DNA of 64,000 bases from Methanotrichaceae archaeon (GTDB taxonomy: Archaea; Halobacteriota; Methanosarcinia; Methanotrichales; Methanotrichaceae). The stretch lies in assembly GCA_963754945.1 (NCBI GenBank), contig CAVWIG010000007.1:1-64000 (forward strand). The letters are read 5' to 3'. Both the position numbers and the translations under genes were made by a program. Below are positions 10,435 through 21,000 of the stretch, one piece after another (position 1 is the first letter of the stretch; each line of letters opens with the position of its first letter). The notes under the pieces are model-generated. The model worked only from the letters and a program-made list of their open reading frames with translations, did no database searches and was not told the origin of the DNA.

Positions 10435-10509
10435 TGGGACAGCGCGGATTCGAACCGCGGTCCAAGAGTCCCAAACCCTCGAGGATAGACCAGGCTACCC
10501 CACTGTCCC
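10435..10509 (-). tRNA. tRNA-Pro(TGG), intron-less
   Basis: Minus strand reads GGGACAGTGGGGTAGCCTGGTCTATCCTCGAGGGTTTGGGACTCTTGGACCGCGGTTCGAATCCGCGCTGTCCCA: a cloverleaf with a TTCGAAT T-loop and TGG anticodon. Confidence 0.95.
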
Positions 10510-10540
10510 ATGGATAGCGACCTCTAGTGTAGCTGAAGTC

Positions 10541-10556
10541 CTTAAAAGCTTTTTGC
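10541..10556 (-). promoter_or_regulatory. BRE/TATA promoter of tRNA-Pro
   Basis: Minus strand GCAAAAAGCTTTTAAG about 30 nt upstream of the tRNA. It overlaps the upstream gene's stop codon. Confidence 0.55.
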
Positions 10557-11624
10557 CACGCCCTCGTTCAACCGAGACCTGACTGCGTCGCGGTTGATCT
10601 TCCTGATTAGGTAGGCCATGGACGCTCCGCCTAGAGCAGTCAGGAACCAGAGCTGAATTAGCCGGATCAAGATTGTGGCCGCCACGGCTGCGTGCATCGG
10701 CACGCCTATGGCGTTGAAGAGGGTGATCATAACTATGTCCACAAGCCCCAGACCTCCGGGCAGGAAAAGAGGCAGCATCTGCAAGAAGATCATGACCGCA
10801 TAAACGGCGAATACCGCCCTTACAGGCACCTCCAGGCCCATGGACCTGAAGGTAAGAAAGGCTACCAGAGTCATGGAGAACCATCCCGCGATGGCCCAAA
10901 AAGTGCTGATGAAGAGCGTTCTCTTGTGGTTTATCAGCATCATCATGGATTCATGGAACTGGCCCATTATCCCTTGACACTTCGGCCTATCTACATGGAC
11001 GCGAAATATCCTTTCAACCTGGTCTATGAGAGCGAAGGTGATCCTCTCAAGCCAGCCATCCACATAACAGACTCCGAAGAAGCCTACATTTATCAACAGG
11101 AGAAAAGCGGCTATGCCTGTACAGGCTGCCAGGGCCCATTCAGGCACGTCCGTGGAAAGAGAGAGAAATATCAAGCCTATGATCGTTCCAAGGATGAAGG
11201 GAATGAAGGCGATTATCCTGCTAGCAGCAACAGTGGCCGAGGTCTTATCGATTCTCGAGCTGCCGGCGAGCTTGTCCAGAAAGTAGATCCTAGCAGTCTC
11301 GCCCGAGAAGCTTCCTGAGGGGATGATGTTGTTCATGAAGATGCAGGACATGTAAATTAGAAAGATATCCCTGGTGGGCACCTTGTAGTCGAACTTCCTG
11401 ACTATCACCTGCCAGGCCATAGAGTCGAAAAGAATGCCTAAAACAGCCAGCACAAACCCCACTGAAAAAACGGCCAGATCTACATTTCCGAGGCTCCTCA
11501 TGACCTCCTGGAATCCCACGTGATAGAGGTACACGAAATAGACGCCCATGCCCAGAAGTATCAGAACCAGGGACTTGCCGGGACGTAGGGTAGGAAGCTC
11601 TATCTCGTGGTTCACAAAGATCAA
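10542..11624 (-). CDS. Flippase-like (UPF0104 / lysylphosphatidylglycerol synthase TM) membrane protein
   Basis: Multi-TM protein with NNIIPSGSFSGETAR, LPGGLGLVD and AATILIRLIQLW motifs. Start is uncertain. Confidence 0.85.
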   Translation of the reverse strand: MIFVNHEIELPTLRPGKSLVLILLGMGVYFVYLYHVGFQEVMRSLGNVDLAVFSVGFVLAVLGILFDSMAWQVIVRKFDYKVPTRDIFLIYMSCIFMNNIIPSGSFSGETARIYFLDKLAGSSRIDKTSATVAASRIIAFIPFILGTIIGLIFLSLSTDVPEWALAACTGIAAFLLLINVGFFGVCYVDGWLERITFALIDQVERIFRVHVDRPKCQGIMGQFHESMMMLINHKRTLFISTFWAIAGWFSMTLVAFLTFRSMGLEVPVRAVFAVYAVMIFLQMLPLFLPGGLGLVDIVMITLFNAIGVPMHAAVAATILIRLIQLWFLTALGGASMAYLIRKINRDAVRSRLNEGVAKSF

Positions 11625-11748
11625 AGAGGATGGCGGTGGTTAAAAGTCTTCCCTTTGATCAACATTCGTATTTCCTGGTCTTCTCAGTGATCTCTCTATG
11701 GTCCTTCTTAGAAAGCTATTTAATGCAGGCTAATCTTAGATCAGCCTT

Positions 11749-11928
11749 ATGGGAAAGACAGGAAGCATAGAATGGGTTAAGATTAAAGGTAGAAAAGGAC
11801 AGGTAAGGCAGGTAGCCAAGTCAGAGACGATTTATAAGAAGCCCGGTCCTAGCCAAAGATACACTGCGTCAGGCTCAAGGGTCAAGAAAATAAAGAGATC
11901 GGCCAAGGCTACTCAGGTCAGAACGTGA
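11749..11928 (+). CDS. Small basic protein, DUF5350-like (59 aa, absent from the ORF track)
   Basis: MGKTGSIEWVKIKGRKGQVRQVAKSETIYKKPGPSQRYTASGSRVKKIKRSAKATQVRT. An upstream GAAAGCTATTTAAT looks like BRE/TATA. Confidence 0.8.
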   Translation: MGKTGSIEWVKIKGRKGQVRQVAKSETIYKKPGPSQRYTASGSRVKKIKRSAKATQVRT

Positions 11929-12488
11929 TCGTTTCTGGCCAATTTTGTAAATTTATCGAGATAGTCTGGTAGCTTATCCCGGTGGCGTTCTACTCCTGAA
12001 ACAAAAAAAATATACAGGGCAAACTAGAATTATATTAGCAGCCTTATAGCTTTAACTTCACAGACCAGGTTGACGCAAAGGATCTACTAAATAGCGGCAG
12101 GAGAATCAACTTGCCGCGAATCCAGCTATTGAAATTGTCAAAGTAAGCGTTAGTGTGATTGTGGGCGCAGAGCTGCCATTCAAACATATATTGAATGAGT
12201 CAAAGAGTAACTGGATTGAATTCTTTTCTCGTACGTCAAAAGTGTGAATTATTCCTATATCTTCCCAAAAAATGAACACTAGTGATCACCTAAAGCATCT
12301 ATATGTAGGGCCTGAAACATGACATTAGCTAAAGAGGTTTAGCTCGGTGGCAGTTCAACCTCGACCATAACAGCTCAATCTAACCTCAAGACGATGGTGA
12401 CCCAGCGTGGTTGGACCAATATCGCAGTAGATGATCTTTGCCCAACCAAGGCCAAGAACGGCGAAGCATTAACCGGAGTTCAAGGAAG

Positions 12489-12680
12489 ATGGAGATCGAT
12501 AGAACCAGCAGCATGTATTTGATGATGCTCTATGTCTACCTGAAATCGTATCAAGAAGCCATTGACGATTTTGAGGTGGCAATAAAGAACATCGGTTACC
12601 CAGACGAAGCCCTGATGGCCATCAAGCAGAAGTTCAGAGAGAGGGTGGACAGGGTATCAAAAGAACTTGTTGAAGGCTAA
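12489..12680 (+). CDS. Small hypothetical helical protein
   Basis: ATG after AAGGAAG gives the 63-aa MEIDRTSSMYLMMLYVYLKSYQEAIDD..., with protein-like composition. Confidence 0.55.
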   Translation: MEIDRTSSMYLMMLYVYLKSYQEAIDDFEVAIKNIGYPDEALMAIKQKFRERVDRVSKELVEG

Positions 12681-12921
12681 AGGACAGTAAGCCGATCGTG
12701 AGATGCTCAGTAAGAAATTCTGTATTCAGAAAGCCTCTTTCGGGTGCTATGAAACTCATTTTTTAGGACTAACGATCAGAGCATAGGCTAATTACATCAC
12801 CTGGAAGAGCATGGCTTGGAGCTACATAGCTTGTATATATACGGCTTTTTGCAGAAGCTCTGATCTAGATATCCATAAAGACTCTTTCTTTCAATAGTAT
12901 TAAATAGTTTCAGATGTAAGT

Positions 12922-13027
12922 GGTATTGAAGTCCAGGGAAAGCTTAGCCGTCACCCGTTTAAGCGGGCGTTAGGTTATTCCCTTTAAAAAGGGGCCATAC
13001 CTTATGCAACTTCCCTTGGGCTTCACC
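12922..13027 (+). ncRNA. Candidate structured small RNA of unknown family
   Basis: Long closing stem TGAAGTCCAGGGAA / TTCCCTTGGGCTTCA with internal hairpins CCCGT-TTAA-GCGGG and TCCCTT-TAAA-AAGGGG. TTAAATA lies about 20-25 nt upstream and a T-rich tract follows. No ORF. Confidence 0.55.
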
Positions 13028-13216
13028 TTGTTTTGTCTTATCTATTTCATCTAATCTATTGGGTAATCCTATTTTGCCTCCTGTCTAGAGCTTTGAGAAG
13101 TTAATCCCTAGTTAGTCTACTTTGATTGATATTTTATATACAATTATTGAAGTGTACTGTACTGCGAACAAGCTGCAAAAATTTCTACAAAAAAGAAAAT
13201 AGCCCATAAAAAAGTT

Positions 13217-13918
13217 TTAGATTAAATGACACCATCCCATCCATGAGATCTGAGATGGGGTATAGCCCAAGTCTGTCCACTCACGCATACAATTCTGGTC
13301 AACAAAAGGCTTAGCAATGTTGGGCTTTTGGGCACCATTTGGACTGATGGTCGTGGTTGCAGTCGAGGGTTGCATAGGCGCCTTTATGTTAAGGGTGTTG
13401 AGCAGGTTATCGTCCAAATCCTTTGGCAGATTGCTGATGAGCTCAACTTTGTTCTTGCCGACCAAGACCTGTCCATAACCTGAGTTCTTGCTGTCCTTCC
13501 AGTATTCTGCGTCTGTGACGCTGGAGTTCGTCATGGTGGATACGTAGGATTCAACTTCAGCATTGCTGTCGTCTATTGTTCTCTTTATCAGAGAAGGATC
13601 CCGGATCTCCCCAGACTCATTTACCGCATCCAGTAGGAGCACTTTCGCCCTGGTGCTCGAGAAGGTGGCATCCTGCCAATCATTGTAACTAATTATACCT
13701 ATGCTAGCCACAGTTTTGTTGTCAAAATTTACGTTGGCATAGTACCAGATAGATTCATTATCGCTTTCTGAACCCGTTACGACGGTCGGCTGAGTCGGCG
13801 CCTTCAGGTCAAAAGAAATGCTGTACGGTCCCGCAGACGCAACTGTAGGTTTTGCTGAGGCTGAGGCTGATAACATCAGCACCACGATCAGTGCAAGTAG
13901 TATCTTCATTATATCCAT
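13217..13918 (-). CDS. Secreted hypothetical protein
   Basis: Signal peptide MKILLALIVVLMLSASASA, then AGPYSISFDL, a Pro/Thr linker and a small C-terminal module with two Cys. Confidence 0.75.
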   Translation of the reverse strand: MDIMKILLALIVVLMLSASASAKPTVASAGPYSISFDLKAPTQPTVVTGSESDNESIWYYANVNFDNKTVASIGIISYNDWQDATFSSTRAKVLLLDAVNESGEIRDPSLIKRTIDDSNAEVESYVSTMTNSSVTDAEYWKDSKNSGYGQVLVGKNKVELISNLPKDLDDNLLNTLNIKAPMQPSTATTTISPNGAQKPNIAKPFVDQNCMREWTDLGYTPSQISWMGWCHLI

Positions 13919-14022
13919 CCCTTTTATTTCGATTCATCGATCAGAACTTCTTGATCTGACTTGTACCACGAATTCTGAGAGTTATATATCTATTTTTCTC
14001 AAGAAATTCGACCCCCTCGTGT

Positions 14023-14787
14023 TCAGCTTGGATGCAGGGAGGGTATGATCCCGACGAGAAACAGAGTTGCCACTATGACCGGCTGGTGGACCAGGTAGAC
14101 CGCCAACGAGTTTCTTCCCAGAGTGCCAAGGAGGTTAACCATAAAAGAGCCTGATAAGTCAGGCAGCTCGAAACCCCTCTTGCCATCCTGGTAAAATCTA
14201 TTCCCCAGATACATTCCTATCAGGACGAGTCCAAACCAGGGGAAGATCGGAAAGTAATCCAGGGTATAAAAGTTGTCAGGAACAAATCCCAGCCATAACA
14301 GCCAGGGGAAGTTAAAAGTGAGCCCCTGGAGATAAATGCCTATCAAAATGAAAATCGATCCCGCAAAAAGATTGAAGGTGCGCAGCCTGAGGAAGGGATA
14401 GGCTAGAACTATTGAGACTCCAATGAAGTGGAGCACTCCGAATAGAATGAATCCCCTGCCGATCAACAGATAAGTGGCCAGGGTAACGACCAACCCCAAC
14501 GAGAATATTCTCAAACCTCTTTTGAAGAACCGGGCGAAGAGATTCTCAGAAGCTCCTTCCTTCCTTGCTCTCGATGAGCTGAGAGTCAAAGATGCTCCCA
14601 CCAGCACTATGAATATAGCCGCGGTAGCCTCTGCAAAGTACAGCCAGGGTCCCGAACGTACATTCAAAGGATAGCCACCGAAATAGTCCAGGTCGTAGAG
14701 AAAGTGATAGAGGACCATCATAACCACGGCCAGCCCTCTAATGAAATCCAGCTCCCAGAACCTGAAATGCGGGGAAAAGTCCATCAA
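14023..14787 (-). CDS. DUF1624 / HGSNAT catalytic-domain membrane acyltransferase
   Basis: RFWELDFIRGLAVVMMVLYH, FGVLHFIG, DYFPIFPWFG and GRNSLAVYLVHQP. Confidence 0.9.
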   Translation of the reverse strand: MMDFSPHFRFWELDFIRGLAVVMMVLYHFLYDLDYFGGYPLNVRSGPWLYFAEATAAIFIVLVGASLTLSSSRARKEGASENLFARFFKRGLRIFSLGLVVTLATYLLIGRGFILFGVLHFIGVSIVLAYPFLRLRTFNLFAGSIFILIGIYLQGLTFNFPWLLWLGFVPDNFYTLDYFPIFPWFGLVLIGMYLGNRFYQDGKRGFELPDLSGSFMVNLLGTLGRNSLAVYLVHQPVIVATLFLVGIIPSLHPS

Positions 14788-14918
14788 ATGCAGTTGATAT
14801 TAAACCTATAAAACCCATACCAAAAAAAAACTCCATGGAACTGCTGGACCGAGCACCTTCACGGCTTGATCCAGCCCTCGAGCCCAGAATAACAATAACA
14901 ACCAAAAAGATTAAAAAA

Positions 14919-15275
14919 TTATTTTGCTCCCTGATCCGTCTCCCAGATACCAAAGGCATTGTTCTCGGTGTCCATGCAGATGACAAAATAACCCATTCTG
15001 GGTACGGCCTTCTTTGGAACAATGATCTTGCCGCCTAGCTTCTCGACTTTGGCGGCGTATTCGTCCACGGAAGGGACACCGATGTAGTCTGTTATCTGCT
15101 GGTCAGGGTGCATTCTCTTCATCATGCCTCCGCCTAAGCCATAGGTGTCAACCATCATGTATTCCATATCCATACCCTTCACATCTTCGATCTTCCATCC
15201 AAAGAGCTTGGTGTAAAATGTTTTTGCCCTCTGGAGATCATCGGCTGGTATCTCAAAGTGGACTATGCTGGACAT
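14919..15275 (-). CDS. VOC/glyoxalase family protein
   Basis: IVHFEIPADDLQRAKTFY...GYFVICMDTENNAFGIW. Confidence 0.9.
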   Translation of the reverse strand: MSSIVHFEIPADDLQRAKTFYTKLFGWKIEDVKGMDMEYMMVDTYGLGGGMMKRMHPDQQITDYIGVPSVDEYAAKVEKLGGKIIVPKKAVPRMGYFVICMDTENNAFGIWETDQGAK

Positions 15276-15384
15276 TTTTTTTCTCCTCGCTTAATAGTAC
15301 TCTATCTTTAATGGTACTACATCCTTAATTAGTTTTTCATCTGTCGCGAGGGATATGCATTGCTTCATCTGTAAAAGTCACTAG

Positions 15385-16350
15385 TCAAGTAAGGTAATTC
15401 TTAAAATCCATTTCCAGATACTTCTTTACGTCACCGAGATTATCCGTCTTTCCAAAAGCGATGGAGAATGCAGGATACCTATCAGTGTCCAACTTACAGT
15501 AGCCGACAAGGTTCCGGAAAGTGTCAGCGAACGCTTCGTGATCCGGTTTCTTGCCCGCTGGAACTGCAATAGGTAGCCTGCTTAGAACCCTGAAGAAGAT
15601 ATCGCTTTCGGCGGATGACAGTGCACTGTTCCAATCCGGCTTTAGACCACTGAAGTATTGCTTGTACGGGTTCATGCCGAAAGCGAAGAAAAGCAGATCG
15701 GGGAGGCTAAAACTGCCGAACCTACATGGATCGACCCCGATTGGCACAAGGTCGTCCTTATGCTGCCTGAACTCCGCATGAAGCGGGAGGTTCTCCAAAT
15801 CCAATCGAGAAGAAAGATCTTTTAGGGAATCCTCCATTCGGCGGAGATACTTTCTCACGATATCCCGGCTCGTGTAATAGATGATGTCCCTGGAATCTTT
15901 TCCATCCAGGAAGGGATGGGCATAAATGCCCAGGACAGCAGGCTCTCCTTTTGAGTTGAAGTATGTATCGCAAGCGAACTCATCCCTTCTGACACTTTCC
16001 GTTTCAGCGCCTGGAAGTCCCAAATCCGGAAGAGCTTTGGACAGAAGTCTTCCAAAATCCGATTTGTCTTTGAATGAGTTGTGGACTTCTATTTCAGATG
16101 GGTTGGTCAAGAACTCTCTTATAGCTGACAGTCCTTCATCTGCGTTTGTGAACAAGAATGAATCAGGCCTGGTTATTATATTTGCCGCCTCCGTCTCGTC
16201 TAGTAGAATCAAATCAGGGCAGTATCTTCTCAGTTCCGTCTTCAGCCTCTCGCTTTTAGTATAGACTGGAACTCCTTCACTAATGAGGGTATTTATCAGC
16301 AGGGGCGAAGTGTAGGCGTCTGTCAGCAACGTTATCGAGTTCTTTTTCAC
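15385..16350 (-). CDS. ATP-grasp-like protein, apparently shortened
   Basis: FKDKSDF, EFACDTYFN, PLHAEFR and VPIGVDPCRFGS resemble the ATP-grasp C-domain (E-x-N-P-x-R-F-G). Confidence 0.55.
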   Translation of the reverse strand: MKKNSITLLTDAYTSPLLINTLISEGVPVYTKSERLKTELRRYCPDLILLDETEAANIITRPDSFLFTNADEGLSAIREFLTNPSEIEVHNSFKDKSDFGRLLSKALPDLGLPGAETESVRRDEFACDTYFNSKGEPAVLGIYAHPFLDGKDSRDIIYYTSRDIVRKYLRRMEDSLKDLSSRLDLENLPLHAEFRQHKDDLVPIGVDPCRFGSFSLPDLLFFAFGMNPYKQYFSGLKPDWNSALSSAESDIFFRVLSRLPIAVPAGKKPDHEAFADTFRNLVGYCKLDTDRYPAFSIAFGKTDNLGDVKKYLEMDFKNYLT

Positions 16351-16487
16351 ACTAACTTCTTTGCCTTTTTGGTTAGAAATACTATTCGTTCCCGTTCTAG
16401 GCCCATTCTAGGAGTGATTAAGGAAGGGCTAAAGATCATCCCGCTCAGAATTTACATGAGGCTCATCGTTGGCTCTTGGCTTTTAGA

Positions 16488-16583
16488 CGAAGGTTGGGAA
16501 ACTCCTAACTCCAAATCCGAGATTCAGGCATGTCTGAACGGCTTTCCGCTTAGGATCCGCTTTTGAGTTGTTCCCAAACTTCG
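16488..16583. repeat. Intergenic 96-nt inverted-repeat / multi-stem element
   Basis: CGAAGGTTGGGAA ... TTCCCAAACTTCG terminal pairing, an AACTC/GAGTT stem, and inner hairpins TTCAGGCATGTCTGAA and CGG-CTTT-CCG. Confidence 0.5.
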
Positions 16584-16593
16584 GACAGAACCT

Positions 16594-17208
16594 TCATCTA
16601 GTGCCGCAGCTGCTGTCAGCGTAGCTCTTTTCGAGTATCTCTCTCTCTGGAGCCACCTCTGCAAATATCTGGGCCTGGTAGTGCTGGACCTCGGTATCCT
16701 CGTCGATCCAGGCGTCTGCCTGAAGACCGGCCTTGATACATGTCTGGCTCAAGAACTCCATGGAATTGAATCCCCATTCCGGAGCTACCTGGGGAAGCAG
16801 AAGGCCGGAGAAGATGCCTTTGGTCACTATCAGCCCATCAATCCCGATCCTTACCAGTTCAGGAAGGCTAGACTTAGGTGCGTTATAAGGCTCTGGTTTC
16901 GTGAGGATCGTTACCTCAAACTCAATCCTGGCAAGCTCTTTTGCTTTAACTTGCGGAAACCTGGGATCACCCATGCCGGCATTTATGGCCGAATCCACAA
17001 TGGCCTTTCCAAGAGGCATTACCGGCTGGGGATAACCTATGCAGCCTCTGAGATCTCCATCTTCGTGAAGGGTTACAAAGACTCCTTGCATCTCATCAAA
17101 TATCTTTGGAAGGCCTTCCGGCTTGATCCTGATTTTTTTCTCAGCGAAATCGGTGAGGGCCTTTCTGGCCAGCTTTACGGCAACTTTTCCTTCATCCTCG
17201 GTAAGCAT
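16594..17208 (-). CDS. AMMECR1-domain protein (TIGR00296-like)
   Basis: GVFVTL..GDLRGCIG, DPRFP, GLLLPQVAPE and CIKAGL. Confidence 0.92.
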   Translation of the reverse strand: MLTEDEGKVAVKLARKALTDFAEKKIRIKPEGLPKIFDEMQGVFVTLHEDGDLRGCIGYPQPVMPLGKAIVDSAINAGMGDPRFPQVKAKELARIEFEVTILTKPEPYNAPKSSLPELVRIGIDGLIVTKGIFSGLLLPQVAPEWGFNSMEFLSQTCIKAGLQADAWIDEDTEVQHYQAQIFAEVAPEREILEKSYADSSCGTR

Positions 17209-18005
17209 AATATTTAGTGGACCTGTGAGATAATAAAATATGCGGTGTTAGGCCCAACTTCAACAGAACAAAAGCGATAATGGCAATCGCCCATTTTCAA
17301 AATACCGCACCAGAAAGAATTCGATGGGAAATACCTGATGGAAATCTTGGGTTTTACTAGGTGTGATCAAAAGTAAGGCATGGTCAGGCGGCGACAGAAG
17401 GGAGACCGCTTTGCACCTCGTTGGTGGTACCATGTTTTTATATACGTTGAATGCCGAACCGAACTTAGGCAAGAGTCAGATTGTATCTTTTGTTTACATC
17501 CCTCCTTCCAACAACTGACTTTTGCCTCCCTCCTTTCTTTTCCGAATGACAATGTAATTTCAACATTGATGAGATATCGACTTATAACATCTTTTGGTCG
17601 CCTTGAAGTGCTTACGGACATGGATTATTCGGATTAAGTTCCTGAAGAATGACTTATCCCCCAAACAGATCTATGGACTGATCAGTTGAACGCGATTCGC
17701 CTCATTGGTGGGGTTTATTACTAATTTTTCGCGGAGCATCCGGTTGGAAAAATTATGTCGAGATCATCCCATTCAAATCCTCAGGGGACCGAATGGTTTC
17801 ATCGACTCAAATGGTCCCATCAATGCGACTTAAGTCGATTCAAGATCAGGTTTATAAATGTAAAGTGCAACCCAGATGACCAGGACAATTAGATATAACG
17901 CGATTAAGTATAGTCAAGATGATATAGTAGCGTTGCGAAACAGAAAATATATATAGGATCGATCAGTGGTCAATATATTAAGACTGTAATCGCGAGAGGA
18001 GAGTT

Positions 18006-21000
18006 ATGGATTACTTCAGGGCTGGTGGAGTTTGCCTGCTTATCATATTGATAGCTGCAGCTCTGCCGATGGGGGGGTTGGCGGCGACCCAAACTGGTGC
18101 AGCGAATTCTGGAATTGATTCAGTCAACCCGAGTGCCAGTGGGGCAACACCGGTCGTTGGTGCAAACTCTTTTTCCAACGGCATCGGCGCTCAAGGGTTT
18201 GGTCAGGCTTCGGCGCCCATAAAAGTTCAAAGACCAAGCAGCGGGATAAGGCCTGGAGCTGCTGCTACAGGAATCAATGTGCCGGTCGCCGTTGCAGCCA
18301 CCGAGACGACGACAAAATCAGAGACATCCAATACAGGGCCACAAGGTCAATCAACGCCTACTAGTCCGCCAATGCAGGCCGTAACAACGACGGCTGTGAA
18401 AGCGGAACAGAGCACAGCGACACCAGCACCAGCCACTATACCCGAGACTCTGAAGACTTCCACCACGACTTCTGCGCCAAAGAACCCTACACCTTCTAGC
18501 AACCAAACGGCAAACAATAATGTCACTTTGCCATCAACCAAAGCTGCAGTCGTTGGGAGTATGATGGCAACTACTACTGCAGTAAATTCAACCGTGACAA
18601 ATCCAACCAAGGTAGACGAAAACAAATCGATGGCATCCAGCAGCGCATCCAATAATACAACACCCTCCGTGACAGCAATATCTGAGAACAAGACGGGACA
18701 GAATATCACGCCCGCCGAGATCTCCCCCGTTGTCACGCCAGCCCTGACGGATAGGATCTGGAGGCAAGGCATAAGTTCGTTGGACTACACTTGGACCCCA
18801 TTGATCTTCTCAGGATTCTTCTACGACATGGACGACAAAGTTGGGACGGAAAACCTGACAGTACACCTGACATCGGAGACCTCTAGGTCCATAGCCGAAC
18901 ACAACCTGAAGTACGATACAAAAGTCCAGCCGATTAATTTCAAGTTCAAGGATTGGGGTAAGTATCAGGTAATCGGCTTCATGGCTGACAAGTACTTTGC
19001 CGGCTACAGCGGAACTAATGTTTTGGACAAGGACCTCAGCCTGATAAATGACGGCCAATTGAGACAAGTTCTGATTGATAACAACGACGAGAAGACTATA
19101 GTCCAAGGTTCTGTAATGCCTCTTGAAGAAGGCTATGAGCTTCGCATCAAACAAATCGATGTAAACGGAAACAAGGTCTACCTGGCTTTAGCCAAAGACG
19201 GTAAGGAGATAGACAGTAAGGTCGTATCGCCAGGCACTCTCAAGAGCTCAACTTATCAGTACAAGGTGACCATAAGCGGAGAGGACACTCCAATAATTAT
19301 GGCCCACATACCCAGCGTCTTTGCAGGCAGCGAATCAGGAATAGTCACTGTAGACGGGTTGTTCCAGGTATCGGACACTTACAAATCGGTCGAGGATGGA
19401 GACAAATACGGAAAGATGAAAGTGGTCGGAGTTTCTGATACCGGTGTGACTATGGACAACACCGACTCCGTCAGCTTGGGGAAGGGAAAGACGGTAAACA
19501 TCTTCGGAAACGTCAGTTTCCAGATCGCGGATGCCGATGTTCTCAGATTTGCTCCTATCGTAGAGCACACTGGACCGTATGAGATCAGAGGAACGATCGT
19601 GGACCCGTCTGTGACCAAGGAGTTCACCTGGACCCCATACAACTTCGAGGGATTCTACTACGACATAGACGACGATACTGGGACGGAGAACCTTACTGCC
19701 AAGATATCCGGCTCGAGCATAGCCGACGGAGATCTGACCTACTCGACTAGCCCAAGCCCGGTGAAGTTCCAGTTCGAGGACTGGGGAAAATACGACGTCA
19801 TAGGCTTCATGGCCGACAAGTACTTCGCTGGCTACAATAACGCCACGCAGTTCGCAGATCAGTTCAGCGACATAAACGACGGCGAGCTTCGGAAGATTCT
19901 GGTGGACAGCAAAGATGAGAAGACCATAACCACCGGGTCTGTGCTGCCCCTGGAAGAAGGCTACGAGCTTCGCATCAAGCAGGTGGACATAAACGGTAAC
20001 AAGGTGTACCTGGCTCTGGCCAAGGACGGCAAAGAGATCGACAGCAAAGTAGTAGCGCCTTCTTCGGGAGAGTTCAAGACTTCGAACTACCTCTACAAGA
20101 TAACGATGGGCTCTAAAAAGGACGTGCCTATGATTGCGGCGCACGTTCAGAGCGTCTTCAAGGGAACTGAGGCGGACCTCGCAACCATAGACGGCCTCTT
20201 CCAATTGTCGGACAGTCCTGCCAACGTGCAAGAAGGAGAGATGCAGGGCAAGATGAAGGTCCAGACTCTGACGGACACCGGCATTAGCATGAAGAACGAT
20301 GGCTCCATCAGCCTCGGACGGGGCCGGACAGTTGACATCATGGGCAACTTGAAGTTCATAGTAGCCGACAACGCCGATAGGAATTTCGCTCCAGTTGCCG
20401 AGAGATCGGGCGCAACGAAGGCGCTCGACCTCAGCATCACACAGCCAGTTGTGGTCAACAGTGCTATGAACATGCATGTCACTTCGGCCGGAGAGGCTAT
20501 AAGCGGGGTAACTGTGCTAGTTAATGGCGACACCATAGGCAACACGGACGCCTCGGGTTCCATAAGCTATGTTCCCAAGAGCGTTGGCTCTATAGATGTG
20601 GTTGCCAGTAAGATCCCCTACGCTGAAAACCGAACCACCGTTGTTGTGAGGTCCACGGCCGCTGCTGCTGCGATATCCGAAAACGTGACCAACAAGCTGG
20701 CCCTTAGCGTGCCCTCCGATGCCCTGAAGAACCAGACCTTCCTGATAACAGTAACAGGAGGCGTAAACCAGACCGCCATCGAAAATGCAAGCATTTCCTT
20801 CGACAATACCGGCATAGGCAATACCAGCGCTCAGGGTACTCTGAAGTACGCGTCGAATGTCCTGGGAGAGCACAGAATAACTGCTCAGGCAACCGGTTAC
20901 GATAAGGCCTCTAGAAATATCACAGTGATGACTCCAATCCAGGTGCAGAGCTTCAACGTCAGCAGCACCACAGCAAAGACCGGCCAGACGATTACCGTAA

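Noticed and set aside
10435-10509. tRNA-Pro as an integration (att) site
   Set aside because: I saw no duplicated tRNA 3' fragment and no integrase in the window.
17260-17960. Short ORFs and weak hairpins upstream of the S-layer gene
   Set aside because: They overlap on both strands without protein-like features, and the pairings are short enough to arise by chance.
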